DNA from: Takakia lepidozioides
Taxonomy: Eukaryota; Plantae; Bryophyta
NCBI GenBank assembly: GCA_030704615.1
Contig: CM060731.1
Span: 83,824,001 to 83,888,000, forward strand
Length of the DNA stretch: 64,000 nt
Direction of reading: 5' to 3'
Every line of letters starts with the position of its first letter. Position 1 is the first letter of the stretch. A program made the position numbers and the translations under genes. The notes below the pieces were generated by a model. The model was not told the origin of the DNA. It did no database searches and saw nothing but the letters and a program-made list of their open reading frames with translations. This document shows, piece by piece, positions 63,196-64,000 of the stretch.

Positions 63196-63494
63196 ATTTA
63201 CTTAGGAAACCTCTTCCTACAGTTTTTCCTTCGACATTTCCCTGTGTAGATCATTATCCTTCGTATTCATGGATGAAAAGTGGATGAAAAGTGGAAATTG
63301 TTGCCAGTAAAATCAAGGATCTCACGGATGAATCCTCTCTCCTCCACCGGCCTCGAATCGTGGGTGTGGATATGGTCTAGCTACCGCCTTTCAAATCCGG
63401 GGGAGAGAGGAGAGCGGGCAAGAGGAGAGAGAAAAGGTGTTGAAAAATGGTAAGGGTTGTTTAGACTGAAAAGTTTGGGCTTGAGAGAGAGGAT

Positions 63495-63559
63495 ATGGCT
63501 TTGCAAAAGCAATTGATACCACCATTTCGCTATGCGATTGTGGAAGACTCCTTCTTCAG
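63495..63559 (+). CDS. Exon 1 of a Siw14/Oca (PFA-DSP) family phosphatase-like gene, continuing beyond the window
   Basis: MALQKQLIPPFRYAIVEDSFFR followed by an AG|GTAC donor. This matches the LxPPxxFxxVExxxYRG start of this family. Confidence 0.6.
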
Positions 63560-64000
63560 GTACTTTTCACTACCTTACCATCGACATGTAGTTCACGCTC
63601 TCGCTTATGTTGCTCCTGCACTGAGATGTCCTTGTAGATTCTCTATAGCTATCACGAGGCAGTCGTCTGCGTTTATGACGACGCTGTTCTCGTCAGCTAT
63701 ATGGATGTGGATTCGAATGAGAGTTAAATCAGACGCGTGGTTTTGTCGAGTGTGAAATTGTGCTCCGAGTTCGGAATTGTCGAGAAACCCTCCACAGCCT
63801 TCTTCTTCCCAACGTCCACCGTCTTCTCCACACTCCCCCCCCCACCCCCACCACCTTACAAATCACTGTATACTTCCTTCCACAATGAAACGTAGGACAC
63901 GGGAGATAGAATTGTCCTCTTTCCTGGTAACTTTATTACTACAGAGAAGAGAGAGATGTGGGGGAGGGACGGGGCTGATTGAGCGAATCTGACTTGGTAC

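Overview
This is eukaryotic, intron-containing, transposon-dense DNA. The PLS/E/DYW PPR remnants, CHX antiporter and CACTA, LTR and SINE pieces fit a land plant, most plausibly a non-seed plant; the species cannot be determined. The main signal is three separate DNA-transposon-like regions: A (1-~8.7 kb), C (~18.5-29 kb) and B (~49.1-60.4 kb). Each carries a homologous multi-exon gene with an N-terminal ParB/Srx-like domain (WDGNHR, WDGNHR, IGGQHT) fused to a C-terminal bacterial-type N6/N4 amino-methyltransferase-like fold. Each is also studded, mostly in introns and intergenic DNA, with its own private 22-24 bp palindrome of 10-11 bp arms plus a 2 bp centre. In B and C this gene lies head-to-head with a transposase from two different superfamilies (GCM-MULE-SWIM in B, Sola/DUF7869-like in C). 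I infer a modular, element-specific ParB/parS-like self-recognition system. Other contents: CACTA remnants with SET and FCP1-like cargo, a Pol II CTD-like repeat ORF, an ~8.4 kb decayed PPR-DYW tandem array, a T7-gp2.5-like SSB pseudogene, a tRNA-derived SINE with a 12 bp TSD, an LTR with PBS, a deleted CHX gene and exon 1 of an Oca6/Siw14-like phosphatase. All family assignments come from motif recognition by eye, and exon boundaries are approximate.
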